From: Tubiluchus corallicola | Taxonomy: Eukaryota > Animalia > Priapulida | Assembly (NCBI GenBank): GCA_030141605.1 | Contig: JAQGDQ010002438.1 | Coordinates: forward strand, 1-37,094 | DNA length: 37,094 nt | Reading direction: 5' to 3' | Part shown: positions 19,034 to 26,114 of the stretch, piece after piece | Layout of the letters: each line of letters opens with the position of its first letter | Position numbering within the stretch: position 1 is the first letter of the stretch | Notes under the pieces: model-generated | The model's input: the letters and a program-made list of their open reading frames with translations, nothing else | What the model was told of the DNA's origin: nothing | Databases searched by the model: none | Made by a program: the position numbers and the translations under genes

Positions 19034-19747
19034 ATGACAGATAAAAATTATGTGGTTATACAAGAATCTTCGCCGGGAGTTTTCAATACGAAACCAAGCC
19101 TCGACTCTTTTGAAAATCCAAACGCGCTTTTTACTAAAGAAAGTGCGGAAGCGTATCATACCCGGCGCGCGATTATGCACAAAGACAAAGCGTTTAATTA
19201 TTTTCTTGAGTACGCTAATTTATCTGGCGCAGGGCTCCAGCTCGACCCCACGGAATCCGCCGAAGATCCGGCAAATCAGCATTTGTATTGCACTTTTTTC
19301 ATGGAAGATAAAGACGAATATGTGGCAAAATATAACCACACGGTGAATATGCTTTTTGCGCAACGATCTCTCGGCAACGTCCCTATTATAGCCGATATAA
19401 ATATAGGTGGTATGAATATTGCATTCGGAAATAAATCAGTGACAGGTGATCTATACAACTCCGTGGAATCCAGCGGCATGCTCGTCTTAAGCGGATATTT
19501 TCGAGACATGAATAACGCTAATCATCCTGTAAATTCCACAGAAACAGCTGAAAAAATTACTAAAATAGGGGCTGCTTTTAATGTATGGCGTAACCAGATA
19601 ATACATGGAATTAAAGACGCTCCGATACCCACGACTTTTGAGGAAATAAAGGCTTTTAGCTCAAAATGTTTTAAACTTTATGTCGATTTTGCGGCGTACG
19701 CAGATCCAAATTTTAACGACTGGCTGACCGAAAAAGGGGTTTTATAA
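19034..19747 (+). CDS. Tail-associated protein, possibly a fibre assembly factor (weak DUF4376 resemblance)
   Basis: AAGGA RBS; follows the fibre gene; FRDMNNANHPV followed by an amphipathic helix. Confidence 0.5.
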   Translation: MTDKNYVVIQESSPGVFNTKPSLDSFENPNALFTKESAEAYHTRRAIMHKDKAFNYFLEYANLSGAGLQLDPTESAEDPANQHLYCTFFMEDKDEYVAKYNHTVNMLFAQRSLGNVPIIADINIGGMNIAFGNKSVTGDLYNSVESSGMLVLSGYFRDMNNANHPVNSTETAEKITKIGAAFNVWRNQIIHGIKDAPIPTTFEEIKAFSSKCFKLYVDFAAYADPNFNDWLTEKGVL

Positions 19748-19926
19748 TGGGGCTAATTGACAATCCAAAAGCGTGGACTGACGATAACGAGCTACGAGTC
19801 GTTGTGACGACCGCCCCGCCCAGCCCGGCAGAGAAAAGTGGTATATACAACTTGGTTATTAACGGCGCCCCCGTGTATAATTTTAGCTTAAATATTGGCG
19901 ACACGATAGAAATTGAGGAAGTTTGA
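19747..19926 (+). CDS. 59 aa protein absent from the ORF track (MGLIDNPKAWTDDNELRV...IEIEEV)
   Basis: TAATG coupling and AAGGGG RBS; fills the gap exactly; N-terminus homologous to the next gene. Confidence 0.8.
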   Translation: MGLIDNPKAWTDDNELRVVVTTAPPSPAEKSGIYNLVINGAPVYNFSLNIGDTIEIEEV

Positions 19927-19927
19927 C

Positions 19928-20527
19928 ATGTCTTTGATCGACAACCCAAAAGCATGGGCGACCAACCCGCTGGACCAACAGGTTTTAAGGGTTTTTTTAG
20001 AGGGTGGAGGTCCTTCGCCAACTTCAAAAAATGACGGCGGATTCAGGACGAACACTTTGCAACAGGACATCGAGTTGGTTACCGGCAGCGGAACCGCAGC
20101 ACCGCGAAGGGTTCGCTTGGCGCAATTTTTCGGCGATATTTTTGAGGATGCCGGAGATGGCTTTTTTAGGGTAACCCGCCCGACCGCCGGAATTTTAAGC
20201 TTGCGATTTACCGTCATTAAAAAAACGGTAAATGACGCAATTTTTTACGCTTTTATCGGAAAGCGACGGCCGGCTTCAAACGTATGCGATTTGCTACCGC
20301 CCTACACACAAAAATTTATCACGGACACATACGTTTTTGGCGACCCCTTCCCGCTGATCGCGGACGCCGGGGATGAATTCGCTATTTTTGTGGCGAGTGG
20401 CACGCTGAATAGGCTTGCGCTAGCCTTCATCCAACGAAATTTTACGCAAGAAAATAGCAACACTCCGCAAGTGGGCGAAAGTCGCCCGATGTGGGCATTT
20501 TATAAAGAGTTAACCTTAGGACCTTAA
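19928..20527 (+). CDS. Hypothetical tail-region protein (MSLIDNPKAW...)
   Basis: ATG 19928 with GAGG RBS; beta-rich C-terminal domain. Confidence 0.75.
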   Translation: MSLIDNPKAWATNPLDQQVLRVFLEGGGPSPTSKNDGGFRTNTLQQDIELVTGSGTAAPRRVRLAQFFGDIFEDAGDGFFRVTRPTAGILSLRFTVIKKTVNDAIFYAFIGKRRPASNVCDLLPPYTQKFITDTYVFGDPFPLIADAGDEFAIFVASGTLNRLALAFIQRNFTQENSNTPQVGESRPMWAFYKELTLGP

Positions 20528-20532
20528 AAAAT

Positions 20533-20907
20533 ATGACTTTTTTAAATACATGGCGAAGCCTCGCCGCCATATGCGCGACAGTTGTTGCGACGTGGGGCAT
20601 CTCTACTTTTTTTCATAAAAATGTAGGTGATATGGACTTTCTTATTTTGAAAGAAAAAGTTGACTACGCGTATTATGCAGCGATAACCGCCGAAAAAGTA
20701 TCCATTTTGAAACAGGACGATAAGTTGACGAAAAAAAATTACTGCGATATTAAGGAGGCTGATATTGATCAGGCGCTAAATTTTTGCCTAACTTACCCGG
20801 GATTGCCGGCAAAACCGCCGGAAATAATCAACGGACAACTGGAATTATCATGTAAAAAAATACGGAAGTACCGTACGGATCCTCCGAATTTTAGCTGTGA
20901 GTATTAA
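20533..20907 (+). CDS. Membrane-anchored protein upstream of the endolysin (possible holin or lysis regulator)
   Basis: N-terminal hydrophobic segment and a soluble domain with 4 Cys. Confidence 0.5.
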   Translation: MTFLNTWRSLAAICATVVATWGISTFFHKNVGDMDFLILKEKVDYAYYAAITAEKVSILKQDDKLTKKNYCDIKEADIDQALNFCLTYPGLPAKPPEIINGQLELSCKKIRKYRTDPPNFSCEY

Positions 20908-20908
20908 A

Positions 20909-21352
20909 ATGTCGTATAGAAAAACGAGCAAAAAAGGAATCGAATTAATAAAAAAATTTGAGGGATTCGAATCGCTCCCGTACGAATGCCCGGCCGGGTT
21001 GCCGACAATTGGGTACGGCCATCTCATAAAATCTTACGAATCTTTCCCCGACGAGTTGACTAAAAAAGAGGCAGAAGAATTACTTTTAGAGGATGTGGAA
21101 TTCGCCGAAAATTGTGTTTTTAAAAATGTAGACGTTAAGTTAAGCGATTCGCAATATGCCGCGCTTGTTTCTTTTGTCTTTAATATCGGCGCGCGCGCCT
21201 TCAAAGAATCCACGCTGTTAAAAAAATTAAACGGCGGCGATTATGATTCGGTTCCGGGCGAGCTCGCCCGCTGGAAGTACGCAAATAAGCAGGTTTTGCC
21301 CGGGTTGGTGAGAAGGCGCGCCGCCGAATCGGAGTTATTTATCGCCGGCTAG
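20909..21352 (+). CDS. Endolysin, GH24 phage lysozyme
   Basis: GIELIKKFEG...YECPAGLPTIGYGH, ALVSFVFNIG, LPGLVRRRAAE. Confidence 0.95.
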   Translation: MSYRKTSKKGIELIKKFEGFESLPYECPAGLPTIGYGHLIKSYESFPDELTKKEAEELLLEDVEFAENCVFKNVDVKLSDSQYAALVSFVFNIGARAFKESTLLKKLNGGDYDSVPGELARWKYANKQVLPGLVRRRAAESELFIAG

Positions 21353-21614
21353 TCCTCCCGCCGCCCGTAAATTTTTCGTTTTCGCGATTTGTGCGGCTAT
21401 AACACCCGGCACAAAAGGCGCAATTATCGCATTTTCGGCAATCTCGGCAAAACGAACAGTTCTGGCAATCCCAGCAGTTATCGCAATTTATCAATGTTTC
21501 TAGTGATTTTTTCGCTTTTTCTTCAGTGCCCCAATACCCCAAAGTTGCCCTGTTGCCATTTTCGTCTTGAAAATAAATGCCTAATTTTTTATTTTCATGT
21601 TTAGTTATTTTCAT
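21339..21614 (-). CDS. Cys-rich (Cxx)n repeat protein, paralog 3
   Basis: MKITKHENKKLGIYFQDENGNRATLGYWGTEEKAKKSLETL plus 10 Cys; convergent overlap with the lysozyme. Confidence 0.85.
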   Translation of the reverse strand: MKITKHENKKLGIYFQDENGNRATLGYWGTEEKAKKSLETLINCDNCWDCQNCSFCRDCRKCDNCAFCAGCYSRTNRENEKFTGGGRTSRR

Positions 21615-21615
21615 T

Positions 21616-21924
21616 TTAACAATCCTCACAGCCTACCTCATCTGCCCCGCCTTCGCAATAACTCATACGACCGTGGCAGCCGTGGCCGTCTTGGCAACCG
21701 TGACAACCGAGGCAGCCATGACTGCCTCGGCAACCGTGGCAGTCGCGACAACCGTGGCAGTCGCGACAGTCGCGACAGTCGCAACAACCGTGGCAACCTA
21801 CCAATGTTTCTAATGATTCTTTTGCTTTTTCCTCGGTACCCCAATACCCCAAAGTTGCCCTGTTGCCATTTTCATCTTTAAAATAAACGCCTAATTTTTT
21901 ATTTTTATGCTTTGTTATTTTCAT
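21616..21924 (-). CDS. Cys-rich (Cxx)n repeat protein, paralog 4
   Basis: Same N-terminal domain plus CHG/CRD repeats (16 Cys); AGGGGAAG RBS. Confidence 0.85.
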   Translation of the reverse strand: MKITKHKNKKLGVYFKDENGNRATLGYWGTEEKAKESLETLVGCHGCCDCRDCRDCHGCRDCHGCRGSHGCLGCHGCQDGHGCHGRMSYCEGGADEVGCEDC

Positions 21925-21949
21925 TTTTCTTCCCCTTTTTTCTGATATA

Positions 21950-21988
21950 GATACCTGCCTAAAATATAGGCAGGTATCCCATTTTATT
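21950..21988 (+). terminator. 12 bp perfect hairpin; possible terminator of late transcription or RNA stability element
   Basis: GATACCTGCCTA-aaata-TAGGCAGGTATC followed by ccattttatt. Confidence 0.6.
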
Positions 21989-21993
21989 GCAAT

Positions 21994-22290
21994 TTATCTA
22001 TACTCTTCCCATCTTTCAAAAATATCCCGCGCGAATTCTGTAAATTCTTCAGCTGGGATATCGACGGTTTTCACGTTTTGCTTTGCTAAAAATTTACTAT
22101 ATTGCTTTTCTGATAAACGATCTTGCAGAGCTTTTTCAAGAACGTAAAATTTGCCATTTTTTGCGTGGGATAAGCAGCTAAATAATCTTGCATGTACTGC
22201 CTTTTTAGTAACTCTTACGATTATATCGCTGCTATTCTTATTCGCTGGAAAGCCTATTTTACTCTTTGGAATTTCTATAAATTTTACCAT
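21994..22290 (-). CDS. Hypothetical early protein
   Basis: 98 aa; AAGGAAGGA RBS; own promoter. Confidence 0.75.
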   Translation of the reverse strand: MVKFIEIPKSKIGFPANKNSSDIIVRVTKKAVHARLFSCLSHAKNGKFYVLEKALQDRLSEKQYSKFLAKQNVKTVDIPAEEFTEFARDIFERWEEYR

Positions 22291-22344
22291 TTTAAATCCT
22301 TCCTTATTTTATCTCTATTCAACTTTATTGCTGAACATAATTAT

Positions 22345-22373
22345 ACTATAACAAATTAAAAACTGCTTGTCAA
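22345..22373 (-). promoter_or_regulatory. sigma70-type promoter (extended -10)
   Basis: TTGACA-17bp-TATAGT with TGn. Confidence 0.85.
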
Positions 22374-22393
22374 GTACTTTTTTGTTAAAAATA

Positions 22394-22939
22394 TTATTTT
22401 TGAATAGGGCGAGAAAAACGGTATTTACTTGTAAAGTCGCTTGAGAATTTGTCTTTCCAGACGCTGACCCCGTCCAAAGTCGATAAGTCGCCAATATACT
22501 CAAAAAACGCTTTTTCAGTCATCGCCACCGTAAAAAATGATTTATTAGGAAATCTTCTTTCGTCGGCTGGGAAGGAGCTATAGTCTTGCTTTCTGATGAA
22601 TAAATCTTTAGAATCTACAGGAAAAAGATCTCTGCTATCGTTGCCAGAATTTTTAATTCTCAAATTTCTTTTCGCGGAGTCTTTTGAGAAGGCAAACATA
22701 ACATTCTCGATAACCACATAATCACTTGTTTTTTCGCCTTGTGATTTTCTAGTTTCTTTGTCGGCGTTTAATTTTGCATATTTTTCGTTTTTTGCGATCT
22801 GTTCTTTTTCTGCTTTTTTTCCGGCGGGTGTTAGCGTGCCGTCTGCGCGGAACCATGCTTTTTTAACAAAGAATGTAACGCCGGTTTCTGTATTTGTTAC
22901 TTTTAACGCTTTTTTATGTGGTGTAGCTGTGTATGTCAT
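22394..22939 (-). CDS. Hypothetical early protein (start MTYTAT)
   Basis: GAAGAGG RBS before ATG 22939; the longer track start runs through the promoter. Confidence 0.75.
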   Translation of the reverse strand: MTYTATPHKKALKVTNTETGVTFFVKKAWFRADGTLTPAGKKAEKEQIAKNEKYAKLNADKETRKSQGEKTSDYVVIENVMFAFSKDSAKRNLRIKNSGNDSRDLFPVDSKDLFIRKQDYSSFPADERRFPNKSFFTVAMTEKAFFEYIGDLSTLDGVSVWKDKFSSDFTSKYRFSRPIQK

Positions 22940-22972
22940 TTTAAAAATCCTCTTCGTTTTGTTTATAAGTAT

Positions 22973-23001
22973 AATATAGCACATGGAAAATAGCTTGTCA
23001 A
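22973..23001 (-). promoter_or_regulatory. sigma70-type promoter, core identical to 3146-3174
   Basis: TTGACA-agctattttccatgtgc-TATATT. Confidence 0.85.
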
Positions 23002-23059
23002 GGATTTTTTTAATAAAAATGCAAAAATAATTTATGCACGAAATTATAAATAAAAATAC

Positions 23060-23089
23060 TTGACAAGTATATAAATTGTATGCTAGTGT
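23060..23089 (+). promoter_or_regulatory. Divergent promoter for the cytosine methyltransferase
   Basis: TTGACA-18bp-TAGTGT with TGn; GGAG RBS downstream. Confidence 0.65.
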
Positions 23090-23116
23090 ATATTTAACAT
23101 ATATGGAGATTTATAA

Positions 23117-23995
23117 ATGAAAAAAATACGTTTTGCAGATTTATTCGCCGGGATTGGCGGCTTTCACTTAGTTGGACATAGTTTGGGGCTGGAGTGCGTT
23201 TTCGCAAGTGAGATAGATAAATATGCGCGAGAAACCTACGAATATAATTTTAAAAAGGTGTGCCCCGCTTTTTTTAAAAAGGGGCGGTTTTTCGGGGATA
23301 TTACAACTATAAACCCAAGCGACATACCAGATTTTGACATACTATTTGCGGGGTTCCCCTGCCAACCTTTTTCTAGCATTGGGCTTCAAAAGGGCTTTGA
23401 GGATAAAGGGAGAGGCGACATGTTCTTTGAGATATGTAGGATAATCAAAGAAAAACAGCCTAACGCATTCCTCCTTGAAAATGTTAGAAACTTAGTCAGC
23501 CATAACAAAGGTAAAACATTCAGCATAATGAAAAATATTATTAAAAACGACCTTGGGTACTCGTTTCATCACGCGATCATAAAAGCGAGTGATTTTGGAT
23601 TACCGCAATATCGCGAGCGTGTCTACATGGTTGGCTTTAAGGGCGGCTGTTCTTCTAAAAGTTGTTTTAAATTTCCCGAGAAAAAACCTTTAAATTTAAC
23701 ACTATCGGATATTTTTAAAGGAAAATGCGATAGAAAAATCGGGTATACGTTGCGGGCGAGTGGGGGAGGCTCTAAAATAGGCGGGGCTCGGCCGGCTTGG
23801 GATGGGTACATTGTTGATGGAAAAGAAAGACGATTGACGATCGAAGAAGCCAAAAGGATGCAAGGCTTCCCGCCCGACTTTCATTTTCCCGTGTCAAAAT
23901 CGCAAGCAATGAAGCAGCTAGGCAACTCTATCGCTATCCCGGCGGTAAGAGCGATTACAAAAAAAGTTATCGGCGCATATCTGCAAAAATTTTAG
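23117..23995 (+). CDS. DNA (cytosine-5)-methyltransferase, orphan
   Basis: Motifs DLFAGIGG, GFPCQPFS, LENV, PQYRER, RMQGFP, QLGNS. Confidence 0.97.
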   Translation: MKKIRFADLFAGIGGFHLVGHSLGLECVFASEIDKYARETYEYNFKKVCPAFFKKGRFFGDITTINPSDIPDFDILFAGFPCQPFSSIGLQKGFEDKGRGDMFFEICRIIKEKQPNAFLLENVRNLVSHNKGKTFSIMKNIIKNDLGYSFHHAIIKASDFGLPQYRERVYMVGFKGGCSSKSCFKFPEKKPLNLTLSDIFKGKCDRKIGYTLRASGGGSKIGGARPAWDGYIVDGKERRLTIEEAKRMQGFPPDFHFPVSKSQAMKQLGNSIAIPAVRAITKKVIGAYLQKF

Positions 23996-24013
23996 CCGGT
24001 CTCTAAAATCGGG

Positions 24014-24784
24014 CTAGAAGCTTAAAAAATTGCTGTTGGAGATTACTAGTTCCCCGCGATTCGCATGTATGCTCTGAACGTTGATGGTGGTAATTCTGTA
24101 TTTTTTGTACAGCTCGTAAATTTCCGAACCCACAGCGTTACTCTGCACAAAAAATACCTGTTTTTCAGTGAGATAATCGCAGAATAATTTAAGTTCCGAT
24201 TCGTCCGATTCGCTAAAATTGTAGGCGCCGTACTCCTGATTAGCGCGGTAATAGGGAGGATCCAAATAGACAAAGTCCCCTTTTTCAGGGCGTATTTCTT
24301 GATAATTTTTCGATTCGATAACTGCATTTTTTAGCAGCCTAGCGCATTTCTCCAGATTTGCATAATCATAGCGCGGAACGTACTTTTTGCCCCGATAACC
24401 TGAATTAATTTTATTTTGCTTATTTAGGCGAAATCTGGTATCGAAGGATGCTTTACTTAGGTAGATTAGCCGAGACGCTGCATATACTTTTTTATCCGAT
24501 TCAACTCCGCGAATAAAGTAAAAATAATCCTTGCTGCAATTTTTAAAATGGGCTTTTAAATAGGTGGCTAGCTCTTCCGGACTATCCCTGACAACCTTAT
24601 GCGCGTCAATAACAATAGCGTTTGAATCGCTTAAATAGGCGGTTTTTGGCGCTAAGCAGAAGTACACGGCCCCACTGCCCAAAAATGGCTCAAAGTATCG
24701 ATTAAATTTTTTCGGGAAATGGGGCAATAATTTTTTAGCCGTGCGATTTTTACTCCCGGCATAACCCATAAACGCTCTAGTCAT
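24014..24784 (-). CDS. D12-class (Dam-like) N6-adenine DNA methyltransferase, orphan
   Basis: YAGSK, YFEPFLGSGAV, FVYLDPPY. Confidence 0.95.
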   Translation of the reverse strand: MTRAFMGYAGSKNRTAKKLLPHFPKKFNRYFEPFLGSGAVYFCLAPKTAYLSDSNAIVIDAHKVVRDSPEELATYLKAHFKNCSKDYFYFIRGVESDKKVYAASRLIYLSKASFDTRFRLNKQNKINSGYRGKKYVPRYDYANLEKCARLLKNAVIESKNYQEIRPEKGDFVYLDPPYYRANQEYGAYNFSESDESELKLFCDYLTEKQVFFVQSNAVGSEIYELYKKYRITTINVQSIHANRGELVISNSNFLSF

Positions 24785-24785
24785 C

Positions 24786-25061
24786 TTAAAAACTCCCTTC
24801 GTCCCCGCGAAGACTATCTAAAATCGCAGCGTAACCGGCTATATCCACGGCTGTGTCTTTGTGGTTTAAGTCGTTGATAATCCGGCATATTTTTAGGTCG
24901 ATCATACATAAGGCAACCTGTTGAGAAGTCACCTTTATTCCTAAAATTTGCGACCAGCGAATCGCGATTTTTTCAAAACATTCGTACATACAACCGTATT
25001 CTTTTTCACGCGAATCGAGGGTACTCTCTACCGTTTTTAAAAATTCCTTAGTTTCCGTCAT
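24786..25061 (-). CDS. DUF6378-like phage protein
   Basis: R...YG....F..IA..WS...VALCMIDLK..R...DTAVDIAGYA pattern. Confidence 0.75.
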   Translation of the reverse strand: MTETKEFLKTVESTLDSREKEYGCMYECFEKIAIRWSQILGIKVTSQQVALCMIDLKICRIINDLNHKDTAVDIAGYAAILDSLRGDEGSF

Positions 25062-25258
25062 TTTACCCCGCATATTTTTTCAAATTTTAAATTATTTTTC
25101 ATGACAATTGTAAATAGTTCCTCTTGTTCAATGACCGGCGGGAGCAGGGCATAAGGGACCGGCTGATACCACAGGCAATCGGCTGATTGTAGCCGCTCTT
25201 TGTATAGGGAGCAGCCGGACAAAAATACAGCTAAAATAAATAGTACAGATAGCCTCAT
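25058..25258 (-). CDS. Lipoprotein, probable o-spanin (Rz1-like)
   Basis: Lipobox MRLSVLFILAVFLSG-C; Pro-rich mature part with Cys residues. Confidence 0.7.
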   Translation of the reverse strand: MRLSVLFILAVFLSGCSLYKERLQSADCLWYQPVPYALLPPVIEQEELFTIVMKNNLKFEKICGVK

Positions 25259-25440
25259 TTCCTCAACCTTTCTTCTAAAATTTTTTTCAATTCTTCCACA
25301 GATAACTTGTCCACTTCCTTTGATTTTTCCAGTATGTCAATTTCCACCTGTAATTTTTCCAATTTATCGTTTTTCCTAACGTCCCTATATATCAAAAAAA
25401 CCAGCGCAATCAATAGGCTAAGTGAAAGTAGGTAATCCAT
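25255..25440 (-). CDS. Probable short i-spanin (Rz-like)
   Basis: N-terminal TM helix plus coiled coil; ATGA-coupled to the lipoprotein gene. Confidence 0.6.
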   Translation of the reverse strand: MDYLLSLSLLIALVFLIYRDVRKNDKLEKLQVEIDILEKSKEVDKLSVEELKKILEERLRK

Positions 25441-25561
25441 CTTTTATGTCCTTATTTGCCTTGTTCATCAAAGTAATGTAGCCGATTCGCACACTTATTT
25501 TGTACGAAAAAACCCCACAAAAGAAACCCATTAAAAATCCCGCGAAAGTTAAATAAATCAT
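25418..25561 (-). CDS. 47 aa membrane peptide absent from the track (MIYLTFAGFLMGFFCGVFSYK...)
   Basis: ATGA overlap with the upstream stop, AAGGAG RBS, hydrophobic N-terminus. Confidence 0.65.
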   Translation of the reverse strand: MIYLTFAGFLMGFFCGVFSYKISVRIGYITLMNKANKDIKDGLPTFT

Positions 25562-25779
25562 TTTTTATTCTCCTTTAGAATCTGCGCATTTTTCTTTGTG
25601 TTTAGCAAGCTGAACCATCGCAAAAGCTCAATAAACCCCCTATAAAAGCGGGCTAGAGCCGAGTCGCCCGTTGGGACGGGGAAAAGTCCAACAAGCGTTG
25701 TTGCTGCGGCGACTATAGCAAAAAATGCGCCTGTTAGCGTGTCGAAATTAGTTGTAAGCCAAGTTAAAAAATCTATCAT
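25558..25779 (-). CDS. Probable holin
   Basis: 73 aa; TM segment GAFFAIVAAATTLVGLFP, amphipathic helix and basic C-terminus; GGAG RBS. Confidence 0.6.
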   Translation of the reverse strand: MIDFLTWLTTNFDTLTGAFFAIVAAATTLVGLFPVPTGDSALARFYRGFIELLRWFSLLNTKKNAQILKENKK

Positions 25780-25783
25780 TTTT

Positions 25784-26113
25784 TTACTCCATAAAATATA
25801 TTTCTTTGATACCGTCATTTTTAATTAAAATATTATATTTTCCCAATACGATAGTCCCAATTTCTATAATAGTTAAGTATTTGATTAATGTGTATAAATT
25901 TTCTTGGGTACCGTACTCTATCTGTACAGTCATCCCTTTGGAAAATTCGTTATAATACGATTCTTTTCTTACATTTTTGAGGGCTTTATCACATAAAAAC
26001 CCTCGCGCTATTTTAAAATTTATCCCGGAAAACTCACGCAGTGCAATAATTTTATCCTTAAATTTTTTGTCTACGCCATCTGCTCCGCAGCAACGACACG
26101 AAAAGTCTAGCAT
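25784..26113 (-). CDS. Peptidase M15-like protein, catalytically degenerate
   Basis: FSCRCCG...VD...LRE..G..FKIARGFLC aligns by eye with M15 endolysins (FxCxCG...LRE..G..ITSGYRC); the ORF has no His. Confidence 0.6.
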   Translation of the reverse strand: MLDFSCRCCGADGVDKKFKDKIIALREFSGINFKIARGFLCDKALKNVRKESYYNEFSKGMTVQIEYGTQENLYTLIKYLTIIEIGTIVLGKYNILIKNDGIKEIYFME

Positions 26114-26114
26114 T

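Noticed and set aside
21670-21800. CRISPR-like or mini-array appearance of the short repeats
   Set aside because: Units are 9 bp in-frame coding repeats without unique spacers; the Cas4-like DUF2800 gene is a standard phage replication-module nuclease
1642-21924. Diversity-generating retroelement as the source of Cys-repeat variation
   Set aside because: No reverse transcriptase ORF and no TR/VR pair with adenine-specific differences; variation is in repeat copy number
23117-24784. Complete restriction-modification system
   Set aside because: No endonuclease gene is adjacent; the VRR-NUC and DUF2800-like nucleases sit in normal replication contexts
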